From positions 96,104 through 160,103 of the forward strand of contig DATIHX010000008.1 in the NCBI GenBank assembly GCA_035480235.1: DNA of 64,000 bases, read 5' to 3'. Below the pieces are notes generated by a model that had not been told where the DNA came from, searched no databases, and saw nothing but the letters and a program-made list of their open reading frames with translations. Of this stretch, positions 1 to 8,321 are shown in pieces. The translations under genes were made by a program, and so were the position numbers. Numbering within the stretch: position 1 is the stretch's first letter; the number at the start of each line of letters is the position of its first letter. Origin of the DNA: Candidatus Saccharimonadales bacterium. Lineage in GTDB: Bacteria > Patescibacteriota > UBA1384 > 2-12-FULL-50-11.

Positions 1-2470
1 GCGGGACGGATCCTGCTTTCAGCAATCTTTCTACGGTGTTAGGTGGGTAATGAGTCAATACATAGCTTCCGTCGCCTACGCGCCGCTCTTCGCCTGTGAT
101 GCCCCATTCCTTCAACCTGTCTCGTATCCATTTATCGCTTCTTGGAACCATCCGACGCAAGTCAGCCAGTGTCAACCATTTGCCAGCCCTGGGTACTCTC
201 CTAAGCAGTGCACGCATCCTATCGACGATAGAAGGCGGATAGTGCTCAGCAGTATACCCGCTGCTACCGAGCCGTTTTTGCCCTTCTCCGCTAAAGCTAA
301 CTAGGATCATCCGTCTAACTGTGGACTCGTCTGAGCCTAAAGCATTAACGACTTGATTCACAGTCAGCCAGTCACCAGATAGCGGGTACTTCTCGAGAAC
401 CTCCTTCAGAGCTTTAACCGCCGAGGGAGGATAGTGGGGTTTAACGTAACCCTTTGATAGGGAACGCCGATTCTCACTTTTAATCTCAAGTTGCTTGAGC
501 CGTAGCTTGACAATAGCCTTGCTGCTTCCAACCTCCTTTACAAGCTGGCTAACGGTGAGCCAGTCGCCTGCATCTGGAGCCTGCCTTCGGTATTTCTCCA
601 GCGCTTCTTGTGTTTCGGGGGGATAGTACTCAAATACTTGTCCTCCGGAATTTTGGCGCAGTTCAGACTTGGCCCCAATTTCTTGAAGCGCTACCTGAGC
701 CCACCCTAGGCTGAACCCGAGCGAGTCACTCATTTCTTTTGCCGTCCTCCAATCCTCCTGATAGGGAACGGTGGGGACAGCGGCCTTGACTGCTTCTACC
801 ACCTCCGGCGGATAAACCTCTACTGGCCGGCCAATCCGATCCAGCTGCTTCTCCGCTTTTTTCCGAAATGGTTTCAGGCGTGTCGCGATCCAGTTCTGTG
901 ACTTTCCGATCTCCTGACTAAGCTGGTAGCAGCTACGCCATCCTTCTTTTTGCCATGGAAACTCTTCATTCTCCTTTCTCAAGTCTTCAAGAACGTAAGG
1001 GGGATAGTGAAGAGCAACTCCTCTCCTGAACACGCGCTGTTGCGCAATATCAGCAAAACGAAGAAGTCGGACTGCTATCCAAGGCTCTGATCTGCCCAGG
1101 CATTTAGCCATGTGTGCAGCCGTCATCCAATCTTCCGCAGGTGGATAGAAGGGAGTGACGAGGTCAAAGACCGAGACCAGATCCCCGCCCCGAGTAAAAT
1201 CGGGAGGAACTTGAACGGTTGGAAGCACGTAATCGGGCCCGATGTACATGATGCCATTTGGAAGTTCTTGAAGAACTTCCGTCGGCATGAACTGAGCGAA
1301 GTTGTAGCTGTAGCCGTAGTTTTCGATCATATAGACGAAATCGACGATTAAGCAGAACTTCTTGCCCGGACAGATTCGCGTTCCCCGCCCCACTACTTGG
1401 GTGTAGCGGACCGCGCTCATCGTTGGGGCAGCCCAGACCACGCACTCGGTCATCGGTGCATCGAATCCCTCACCAATCACTTGGGGAGAGATGAGTACCT
1501 GGATCGAATCCGGGTGCTCGGGCGGAAGTTTATAGCGGAAAATCGCGTCGGTTGTGACGAATTCTCCGCTTAATGCCCTTGACTTACCTTGATTGACGGC
1601 TAGGCCGACGCTGTAGCCCATCTGCTTGAGAATCCGGGCAATCACGCACGCTTCCTGTTCGATTCGGTTGACAATGATGACCGTCTTCATGCCCGAAGGC
1701 AGGAAGCGCGTGCCAACTTCCGTCGCAATCCGTTCGAAAAGGTGCGGGTGATTGCCGAGTGCCTTGTTGATCCTTCGGTAGTTGAGCTTATTCATCTCTT
1801 TAACTTCCTTAGGCAACAAGACATGGGTATCGATTGCGATACCTGCCATCGGCGAGAGCCAACCCTTCATTATGCACTCGGGGAGAGGCATCGCGTCGAC
1901 GATCTCGAAGCCATACTCATTCGGCCACTTGTAGGCGCCGCTTGAGCGATAGGCCGTTGCGGTCAGGCCGACGATTGCATCAGGAGCAAGCTCCCGAAGA
2001 ATGTCGAGCCGTCTCCAGGTTCCAGAGTTGTGGACTTCGTCTACAATCGCCAGACCGAACTTGATGTCCAACCCTTTAGAGCGACGGTAGGCGGAAGCGA
2101 GTCCCTGCCAAGTCGCAAGGACAACCTTTCCTGACGTATCGGGGAAGACGCTATAGTCCGTACTTCCGGATTCCTGTTTGGCGTAATCGATCAGCACCTG
2201 CTTGCTCTGGTCGAGCAAGAGATTTTTGGCGCCAACGATCAGCAAGATTTTCTTGTGCGGCATTTGGCGAAGAATCCTCTGAATGATTACTCCTTTGCCA
2301 AAGCCGGTGGGCAGTGCCAGCATCGGGTGCGGCTTGTGGTGTCCATGAGTCCTCCAGTATTCGAGGACTCTTTTGACGGCGGCGAGCTGGCGCCAGTTGC
2401 GTCCTTTCGAACGCTTCTCGTCCAGCACTCCGTCTCTATTGATGTCCCCGGTTACACCGTGGATTGTCAT
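1..2470 (-). CDS. SF2 DEAD/DEAH-type helicase fused to tandem HTH-like W...HYPP modules; 3' end leaves window (partial)
   Basis: Hand translation from ATG 2470-2468 stays open to position 2, so it is absent from the ORF track. Motifs LPTGFGKG (I), AIVDEVH (II), TAT (III), QVVGRGTR (VI). GAGGAG lies 9 nt upstream of the ATG. The C-terminal half holds seven YPP motifs with a ~64-aa period. Confidence 0.85.
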   Translation of the reverse strand, partial: MTIHGVTGDINRDGVLDEKRSKGRNWRQLAAVKRVLEYWRTHGHHKPHPMLALPTGFGKGVIIQRILRQMPHKKILLIVGAKNLLLDQSKQVLIDYAKQESGSTDYSVFPDTSGKVVLATWQGLASAYRRSKGLDIKFGLAIVDEVHNSGTWRRLDILRELAPDAIVGLTATAYRSSGAYKWPNEYGFEIVDAMPLPECIMKGWLSPMAGIAIDTHVLLPKEVKEMNKLNYRRINKALGNHPHLFERIATEVGTRFLPSGMKTVIIVNRIEQEACVIARILKQMGYSVGLAVNQGKSRALSGEFVTTDAIFRYKLPPEHPDSIQVLISPQVIGEGFDAPMTECVVWAAPTMSAVRYTQVVGRGTRICPGKKFCLIVDFVYMIENYGYSYNFAQFMPTEVLQELPNGIMYIGPDYVLPTVQVPPDFTRGGDLVSVFDLVTPFYPPAEDWMTAAHMAKCLGRSEPWIAVRLLRFADIAQQRVFRRGVALHYPPYVLEDLRKENEEFPWQKEGWRSCYQLSQEIGKSQNWIATRLKPFRKKAEKQLDRIGRPVEVYPPEVVEAVKAAVPTVPYQEDWRTAKEMSDSLGFSLGWAQVALQEIGAKSELRQNSGGQVFEYYPPETQEALEKYRRQAPDAGDWLTVSQLVKEVGSSKAIVKLRLKQLEIKSENRRSLSKGYVKPHYPPSAVKALKEVLEKYPLSGDWLTVNQVVNALGSDESTVRRMILVSFSGEGQKRLGSSGYTAEHYPPSIVDRMRALLRRVPRAGKWLTLADLRRMVPRSDKWIRDRLKEWGITGEERRVGDGSYVLTHYPPNTVERLLKAGSVP

Positions 2471-2516
2471 GTACATTCACTCCTCGACCGTAACTGTCAC
2501 TGCAATTTTTTAGCAG

Positions 2517-2566
2517 TTCTGTCGGTCGAACAGGGGCTGCTTTGAGCCCATCTTCGACCGACAGAA
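2517..2566 (-). promoter_or_regulatory. 14-bp perfect inverted repeat in the predicted helicase 5' leader
   Basis: TTCTGTCGGTCGAA (2517-2530) and TTCGACCGACAGAA (2553-2566) with a 22-nt spacer. It lies between the predicted promoter and the ATG at 2470. Confidence 0.6.
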
Positions 2567-2600
2567 TATTACTTAAATGTTAAGCTGCAAATTCACCCGC

Positions 2601-2629
2601 AATGTACCACTTCTAACCTGAAAAGTCAA
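2601..2629 (-). promoter_or_regulatory. sigma70-like promoter for the helicase gene
   Basis: Minus strand reads TTGACT (2629-2624), 17 nt, TACATT (2606-2601). Confidence 0.55.
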
Positions 2630-2654
2630 GAGATTTAGCCATATTTTGCCTACC

Positions 2655-2681
2655 AAAAAAGACCTCTTGCGAGGTCTTTTT
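2655..2681 (-). terminator. intrinsic terminator after the Ser-rich protein gene
   Basis: GACCTC-TTGC-GAGGTC hairpin flanked by an A-run and a T-run. Confidence 0.7.
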
Positions 2682-2694
2682 CAGTCAAGGCTGT

Positions 2695-3258
2695 TTAGGC
2701 CAAGAGTTTCGCTTCTTTGCGAGCGCTTAAAAAGCGCTTCACAGAAGCAGCGAACAGGGTCATTGCACCAGGCAAGACCACTGTTTCGGCACCGGCTTGC
2801 GGCAGCGTGGTGGTGACGGTTTTAGTCGTCCCACAGCTGGTCACAGCTTTGGCGGCGCTGGAACTCGAAGAACTCGAGACAGCGGCAGCCGCGGCGGCCG
2901 AAGCGCTTGGGCAGTTCTGCGAAGCGACGATGGTTTTACCACCGGCACTGGCAGAAGCCGAAGAGCTGGCAGCAGAACTAGCGCTGGATGAGCTGGACGA
3001 ACCAGAACTCGAACCGGCACCAGAACCACTATTGCTGCCTGAACCCGCACTACCACTTGCACCAGCACCCGCAGAGGCACCAGCACCGGCACCGGCCGAA
3101 GCCGAACCGTGGCCAGCACTCGCGGAGGCAGAACTGGACGAGGACGAGCTAGAGCTTGAAGAGCTCGAGCTAGAACTCGAAGCAGCACTTACCAAGGCCG
3201 GAGTGGACAAGGCAATTGTTAAGGCAACTAAGATGGAAACAATAATTGTATTTTTCAT
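2695..3258 (-). CDS. secreted Ser/Ala/Gly-rich low-complexity protein with an LPxTG-like (LPQAG) C-terminal sorting signal
   Basis: N-terminal signal peptide MKNTIIVSILVALTIALSTPALVSA. The C-terminus is LPQAG, then a hydrophobic stretch, then KRFLSARKEAK. AAGGAG lies upstream of the start. Confidence 0.75.
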   Translation of the reverse strand: MKNTIIVSILVALTIALSTPALVSAASSSSSSSSSSSSSSSSSASASAGHGSASAGAGAGASAGAGASGSAGSGSNSGSGAGSSSGSSSSSSASSAASSSASASAGGKTIVASQNCPSASAAAAAAVSSSSSSSAAKAVTSCGTTKTVTTTLPQAGAETVVLPGAMTLFAASVKRFLSARKEAKLLA

Positions 3259-3319
3259 ATTATTCTCCTTTTAACATCTCACTTGCCTGAAGGCAAGTGG
3301 CATATTCTTTTACGTTTGT

Positions 3320-3348
3320 ATTACATTCACTTCCTCAACCAATGTCGA
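3320..3348 (-). promoter_or_regulatory. candidate internal promoter
   Basis: Minus strand reads TCGACA, 17 nt, TGTAAT. Confidence 0.4.
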
Positions 3349-3374
3349 CTGACTCATTAGTTAAAGAAGAAATG

Positions 3375-3407
3375 TCTCCACCCAATCGCGTTTGTGACGG
3401 GTGGAGA
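3375..3407 (-). terminator. hairpin after the Tat-signal protein gene
   Basis: TCTCCACCC / GGGTGGAGA 9-bp stem followed on the minus strand by a U-rich tract. Confidence 0.5.
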
Positions 3408-3419
3408 AAGGAAGGGGCG

Positions 3420-4268
3420 TTAGCCGCCAGAAGCGGCTGCCGCTGCGGACGCAGAAGCAGACGCCGAGGCGCTGGATGAACTCGACGACGAGCTGCTGCT
3501 CGAGGACGAGTTGTTGATGTTGTCGGACCGGCGAACCAACATGCCAATTGGGAAGGACGCCACTTTCAGAAAGTCCAGGACGTTGTCCCAGAAACTCTTG
3601 CTGTACACCCACTCGCGATCAGCCTGCAAATTGCCGGTGATCCTCAGGTGGTAGTGGCCCTGCTCGGCCGGCGGAACGGTGATGTTAATATCGCGCAGCT
3701 CAGGGACGAGCTGTTGGATAATCACATCATGTTCCACTGTAACTGCGTAGGGCTTGGGAATCTCGACCGTTTGGACGACGACTCGCTCTTCAGTCCAGAC
3801 CGGCACCGTCAACCTAACCACAAACGGGTAGGGTAACGGGTTGCCGCAGTTGTGCACCCAGCGGACAGTGGCACTAACCAACCAAACCCCGTCGCGTTGA
3901 ACGCGATCGTTGATGGTGGCGACCAGCAACTCACCTGCCCGGAGCTTGCCGGTACGAGTGTACTTCTTCTGCCCATCCCAAAACGCCAATTGCATCTTGG
4001 GGATGTCATAGTTGAAGCTGAAGCTAATCGTCTCATCGGCCTTATCCCGCGACAACGAGTGGAAGAACGGCAGCAACTCGTTCGAAGTGATCTCCGGAGT
4101 TAGACCGCCCTTGATGAAGGGGTGGCTGTCGAGCCTGAAGAAGCCTTGACCGTCCACCGGTTCGGGTTCCTGCGCAAAGAGCATTGCTGTCGCCCGTCGA
4201 GGTTTCAACAAAGCTGCGCCAGCGGCCGTGATGGCCGCCCCTAAAAGAAACTGACGACGTGTCATCAC
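3420..4268 (-). CDS. secreted protein with a twin-arginine (Tat) signal and a poly-Ser/Ala tail
   Basis: N-terminus MMTRRQFLLGAAITAAGAALL. C-terminus is S14 followed by ASASASASAAAAASGG. Confidence 0.75.
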   Translation of the reverse strand: MMTRRQFLLGAAITAAGAALLKPRRATAMLFAQEPEPVDGQGFFRLDSHPFIKGGLTPEITSNELLPFFHSLSRDKADETISFSFNYDIPKMQLAFWDGQKKYTRTGKLRAGELLVATINDRVQRDGVWLVSATVRWVHNCGNPLPYPFVVRLTVPVWTEERVVVQTVEIPKPYAVTVEHDVIIQQLVPELRDINITVPPAEQGHYHLRITGNLQADREWVYSKSFWDNVLDFLKVASFPIGMLVRRSDNINNSSSSSSSSSSSSSASASASASAAAAASGG

Positions 4269-5209
4269 TTACCTCCTTGCGGCCTCGTTCGCCGCACCTC
4301 ACACTGGTCGATGTTAATATTGGACAAGACTTCCATCTTGACCCAGACCCGGTGATAGCTGTCGGCACCAGAGCCGATCACCACCACCTCGACGACAGAT
4401 GCCGTCGCGACGACTTGGCCGTTGACGTAAACGGTTAGTTGTTCGCGAAGATTTGGAACCGGTTCGTTGCAACTCCACTTGATTGGCAGATAGCGGCAGA
4501 GCTTGATCGGAGCCGAATTGGCACCAACCTTTTCTTCCCGAAGCCGATTGTTTTCGTCGGTCAAGTCTTTAATGCGACGCATCAGATCGTCGGTATTGGC
4601 GCCACCTGTTTGGGCAGCGTCGCGTTTCCCTTGATCGTAAGCTTGCTTAATCGCCGCGTCGAGCTGACCAGCAGTCATGGATTGACCACCCTTGGTGGTT
4701 GCTACCGTTTCTGGAGCGTCAGTGTCGATGACGAACTGCGTTGCCGGAGCAGCTGAGGCGTCCTTATTCTGGTTGCCTTTACTGTCCTGGCCGACGAAGT
4801 AGGCTTCGATCGAATGTTCCAAGCCAAAGAACATGTCGTCGACCTGGATGTCGTGCGCGTTATGATTGGAAAGACCTTTGACGTGGATCTCCTCGTCCTT
4901 AAGCGCTCTAATACAACCACCACGAGGAAGACGAATTCTCCCTTGGTACGGTGGCGCATCAAATACGGCAACAATCGAGCCGTCAAAACGGATGCCGCAT
5001 GGACCAGGGTTGTGATCACCAGTCAGCGGCAAAACCCGGTAGTCCAGGTACGGACCGAGCAAGTCTTCACCAAGCCGGACCGCAACTCGGCCTTGACTGG
5101 TGTAGCGAATGTGCCATGACCCTATGAGCGCTGGCTTGACAGCCGCATTCGCTGACAAAGACAGCCCTAGGGTGAGAACGACGAAAATCAAAGCAAGAAT
5201 TTTTCTCAC
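4265..5209 (-). CDS. secreted hypothetical protein (Sec signal peptide)
   Basis: GTG start with AGGAG upstream. Signal peptide MRKILALIFVVLTLGLSLSANA. A 4-nt overlap with the downstream gene suggests translational coupling. Confidence 0.75.
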   Translation of the reverse strand: MRKILALIFVVLTLGLSLSANAAVKPALIGSWHIRYTSQGRVAVRLGEDLLGPYLDYRVLPLTGDHNPGPCGIRFDGSIVAVFDAPPYQGRIRLPRGGCIRALKDEEIHVKGLSNHNAHDIQVDDMFFGLEHSIEAYFVGQDSKGNQNKDASAAPATQFVIDTDAPETVATTKGGQSMTAGQLDAAIKQAYDQGKRDAAQTGGANTDDLMRRIKDLTDENNRLREEKVGANSAPIKLCRYLPIKWSCNEPVPNLREQLTVYVNGQVVATASVVEVVVIGSGADSYHRVWVKMEVLSNINIDQCEVRRTRPQGGK

Positions 5210-5455
5210 TTGTCTTTACTCCTCGCCCCATACGGGGCCTTGAATTCAATTTGCTAGTATGTTCAGTTGCGTTCGCAACCGGACGCTTCGAAGTTGCTGG
5301 GTTGAAGCCCAACAAGGCGCGAAGTTTTACCAGCGCCGTCTCAGCCAGGAGGAGGGAAGGAGGGAAACTGTCAATGCAAGGCAAGCCGAGCATTGGTGAC
5401 AGCTCTCCCTGATCCCAGCCGAGACGGCACCGATAAATTGATGGTTGCGAATGTA
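5210..5455 (-). promoter_or_regulatory. ~245-nt structured 5' leader of the secreted-protein operon
   Basis: It lies between promoter 5461-5489 and the GTG at 5209. Nested helices include 5335-5342/5421-5428 (GCCGTCTC/GAGACGGC) and 5368-5373/5397-5402. Confidence 0.45.
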
Positions 5456-5460
5456 CTTGG

Positions 5461-5489
5461 ATACTAGCATATGCTAGTTATTCTGTCGA
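5461..5489 (-). promoter_or_regulatory. extended -10 promoter
   Basis: Minus strand reads TCGACA, 17 nt, (TGC)TAGTAT. Confidence 0.6.
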
Positions 5490-5528
5490 TAAAACCGACA
5501 TATTATTAGCATATATTTCTCTCCTTTT

Positions 5529-5573
5529 AGCTCGTACATATTGAAGTACAAAAAAATATTTTTTGTACGAGCT
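5529..5573 (-). terminator. hairpin with two alternative pairings downstream of the small ORF
   Basis: AGCTCGTACA/TGTACGAGCT forms a 10-bp stem. The inner alternative is GTACAAAAAA/TTTTTTGTAC. Confidence 0.45.
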
Positions 5574-5704
5574 AGAAGGAAAGGGTGAAGCGGGGTTGCC
5601 GCTTCGCCGGATTAATCATTCTCGGTAAAAGTCGTTGGATCGTCGGAGTTACGAAAAATCGAATTCGCAACCATTTCTTCCGTGATGATCGAAACTGCCA
5701 ACCA

Positions 5705-5983
5705 CTAGAATTTTGAAGCAATAGCGGGATTGAGAATTACGCAAAGGGTCATCGGTATGTTGTTAGCGTTCTGATAACTAACCTTAACGATCCGCTGACC
5801 TTCATTGGTAATCTGGGGGACATCCATGTCGTGACCCTCTTTGAGCAGTTGCCGAATCTTGCTGCGAATATCTTGACCGTTCATCCTTTTTAATTGCTTA
5901 TAGTTTGAACGCTCTTTAAAACGATTAACGCAGTGCTGGGTGACATGAATTCCACCCCGGATTTTGAAATTTGCTTGAGCCAT
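5705..5983 (-). CDS. hypothetical small protein (92 aa from the second ATG)
   Basis: Track ORF 5705..5995. The ATG at 5983 is preceded by GGAGGGAG. Confidence 0.6.
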   Translation of the reverse strand: MAQANFKIRGGIHVTQHCVNRFKERSNYKQLKRMNGQDIRSKIRQLLKEGHDMDVPQITNEGQRIVKVSYQNANNIPMTLCVILNPAIASKF

Positions 5984-6123
5984 TACTCCCTCCATTCAGC
6001 CCGCGCATATATAATAGTGGTGAGCTGGATGGAGAGAACAAGATGTTAAGGTGGGTCGGTATATGCCACGGCTCTTTAGACCGCGGCGGCACGACCTGCG
6101 CCACTAATGAAAGTTGGGCGGGT

Positions 6124-6242
6124 CGGGCACCTAGCTGCCGGCTAGCACATTATGGCCAAGCTCCAAAAAGAGTAAATGGTAAAACCACCGAAACTTGTTG
6201 AAGTTGTTCTTAGCCCGTGCTAGTCAGCATTTTAGGTGCCCG
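6124..6242 (-). ncRNA. 119-nt rod-like imperfect hairpin within a ~280-nt leader (unclassified)
   Basis: CGGGCACCTA/TAGGTGCCCG (10 bp), GCTG/CAGC, CTAGCAC/GTGCTAG, GGCCAAG/CTTAGCC. The one mismatch is a G-U pair only on the minus-strand transcript. Confidence 0.35.
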
Positions 6243-6280
6243 CAACAAGTAAGTTTTTAGGCCCCTCGTTGTGTGCTCGA

Positions 6281-6309
6281 ATAGTAGCATATGCTCTTCC
6301 AAAAGTCAA
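6281..6309 (-). promoter_or_regulatory. consensus-like extended -10 promoter
   Basis: Minus strand reads TTGACT, 17 nt, (TGC)TACTAT. An AT-rich tract lies immediately upstream. Confidence 0.65.
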
Positions 6310-6430
6310 GACCTTTTGGGGCAATAATTTAATAACCAATATTCAAGTTACAAATAATATCCAAGTTCTTAATACTTAAATATTTCCCGTTTTAAGTATT
6401 ATTTATAACTTAGCTATTGAATATTATTAC

Positions 6431-7765
6431 TTACCTCGGGATGTATTGTGTTCCGCTGTCGGAATCTACGACTTCGTAGCCGTGCTGGAGGAGTTCGGCT
6501 TTGCGGTTGTCGGCCGTTAAGAAATCGCCTCTGGTCCGGGCGGCGTCACGGTCGGTAGCTAATTGCATCGCCTCGGCGTTCTTTTCTATTGGGGTGTACA
6601 CCAGGCCGAAAATATCCAAGAGTTTTTCTATTTCGGGTTTGCTGAGTGCGTCGGCGTGTTCGCCCCAGATTTGGAGGGCTAGCGGTGAATCCAGGTCGTC
6701 GTTGAGGGCGCTAATAATTTCTTCAAAGGTTTTATTATCTGAGTTCTCTGGGGCAACAGCATATGCCATAAAAATTTTCTTCCGGAGCGCGACACCTTGT
6801 TCCATCGAGGCCTTGGTGTAATCGAACGGTTTGCGGTAATGGGTTAGGTAGAAGGCTAGCCGAAGCTCGTTGGCCGAATACTGTTTGAGGGCGTCAGTCA
6901 CCAAGATACCGTTATGGAACGACTTGCTCATCTTTTGGCCGTTGACCGACAGCATGCCGGAGTGAACCCAGTAATGGGCCATCTCTTTGCCGGTTAGGCT
7001 CTCACTCTGAGCGATCTCGTTCTCATGGTGCGGGAAGACGTGCTCCACGGCCGAACCGTGAATATCGAAGGTATCGCCCAAGTATTTGCGGCTCATGGCT
7101 GAACATTCGATGTGCCAACCGGGGTAGCCGCGACCCCAGGGCGAGTCCCAGATGTAATCGTGGGTGGTAACGGGAGCAGCTTTCCAGAGGGCAAAATCGG
7201 CTGGCGAGCGCTTGTCTGAGGCCGTTTCTACCCGGGTTCCTGTCAGGACCTCGGTGAGGCCGCGGTGGCTGAGTTTGCCGTAATCCATATCTTTAGCAAC
7301 GCTAAAATAGACGTTATTCTGGGCAGTAACATATGCGAAACCTTTTTGAACCAGTTGTTCGATAAACTTGATAATATCTCCGATATGCTCCGAAGCTCTG
7401 GGAAATTGGTCCGGCGGGAGAATGTTGAGGCTCTTCAAATCTGACAGGTGGGCCTCGGTGAAGTGCTCAACAATCTGGCGTACCGTCTCGCCACTCTCCT
7501 GGGCCTTCTGTTGAACCTTATCGCGGCCGACTTCGGCGTCACCGGCTAGGTGGCCGACATCAGTGATGTTTTGAATGTATTCAACCTGGTAACCAGAGAA
7601 CCGCAAAAAACGATTCAAAAGGTCGAAACTCAGGTATGTCCGGGCGTGGCCGACGTGATCGTAGTCGTAAACGGTCGGACCGCAGACGTACATTTTCACC
7701 TTGTTCGGCTCAACAGGGTTAAAGTCTTCTTTCCGGCCGGAGAGGGTGTTGTAGAGCTGGAACAT
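6431..7765 (-). CDS. cysS: cysteinyl-tRNA synthetase
   Basis: HVGHARTY (HIGH-type) and KMSKS motifs over the full-length class I fold. Confidence 0.95.
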   Translation of the reverse strand: MFQLYNTLSGRKEDFNPVEPNKVKMYVCGPTVYDYDHVGHARTYLSFDLLNRFLRFSGYQVEYIQNITDVGHLAGDAEVGRDKVQQKAQESGETVRQIVEHFTEAHLSDLKSLNILPPDQFPRASEHIGDIIKFIEQLVQKGFAYVTAQNNVYFSVAKDMDYGKLSHRGLTEVLTGTRVETASDKRSPADFALWKAAPVTTHDYIWDSPWGRGYPGWHIECSAMSRKYLGDTFDIHGSAVEHVFPHHENEIAQSESLTGKEMAHYWVHSGMLSVNGQKMSKSFHNGILVTDALKQYSANELRLAFYLTHYRKPFDYTKASMEQGVALRKKIFMAYAVAPENSDNKTFEEIISALNDDLDSPLALQIWGEHADALSKPEIEKLLDIFGLVYTPIEKNAEAMQLATDRDAARTRGDFLTADNRKAELLQHGYEVVDSDSGTQYIPR

Positions 7766-7823
7766 TAAGTTAGTTGTACCTGAAATTGACGGCGAAAAAA
7801 AGCCAACCGCCGACCAACTTCCC

Positions 7824-7843
7824 GTATACGTTATAACGTATAC
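7824..7843. repeat. 20-nt perfect palindrome upstream of cysS
   Basis: GTATACGTTATAACGTATAC, 59-78 nt upstream of the cysS ATG. Confidence 0.9.
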
Positions 7844-7888
7844 AGTGAACTAGAAAACAAACCAATCTGCCGACAAGCCTTGCCGTGG

Positions 7889-8167
7889 TTACTCGTTGCC
7901 GTATTCGCTGCCGTAGGCCGGTTCGTCTTCTTCTTCCTCGGCGCGAAGGGCGTCGAGCGAGACGGTGTTTTCCTCGGCGCCGGCGGCAATTTCTTTGTCC
8001 GAGAGAAGGGCGTCGTCGGTAAGATCATCATCTATGTCGTCGCGTCCCTTTTTGGCTTTGACCGGTTCGTGGGTCATCGGTTCACCGCAGTTTGGGCAGA
8101 CGTCGCTAGCAACGCTGGTGGCGTGGCCGCAATGTTCGCAGACGTACATTTCTTCGTGATCAGACAT
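7889..8167 (-). CDS. small zinc-ribbon protein with an acidic tail
   Basis: CEHC...CPNC followed by a D/E-rich C-terminus. Confidence 0.7.
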   Translation of the reverse strand: MSDHEEMYVCEHCGHATSVASDVCPNCGEPMTHEPVKAKKGRDDIDDDLTDDALLSDKEIAAGAEENTVSLDALRAEEEEDEPAYGSEYGNE

Positions 8168-8251
8168 GATGGTTTAATTTTACTAGGAAATTTGGATTTG
8201 CAATAGAAGATGGATACCTCTCGTCTTTTTACTTAGCAACAGTAAAACAGA

Positions 8252-8275
8252 CTTGATATATTATAATATATCAAG
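8252..8275. repeat. 24-nt perfect palindrome (the core of the 54760-54799 palindrome)
   Basis: CTTGATATATTATAATATATCAAG, 85 nt upstream of the zinc-ribbon gene start. Confidence 0.9.
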
Positions 8276-8321
8276 GCGTTCGAGGGGAAAGAAGATTGTG
8301 TGTGTAAACTGGTAAGAAGCG

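Noticed and set aside
2717-3274. 185-aa plus-strand ORF, plus other ORFs (2797..2991, 2841..3188) antisense to or overlapping the Ser-rich gene
   Set aside because: These are open frames caused by the GC-rich trinucleotide low complexity. Only the minus-strand frame has a signal peptide, an RBS and a sorting signal.
6124-6242. SRP (4.5S) RNA or RNase P identity for the long hairpin
   Set aside because: There is no GGAA tetraloop/AGCAGCC domain IV signature. GGTAAAACCACC and GGAGCTTGGCC resemble RNase P segments only when read from opposite strands.
8252-8275. The palindromes as simple sigma70 promoters (TTGATA ... TATAAT)
   Set aside because: TTGATA and the central TATAAT are only 3 nt apart, and no acceptable -35 lies 17 nt from the central hexamer on either strand. 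A promoter role is not excluded but is not supported.
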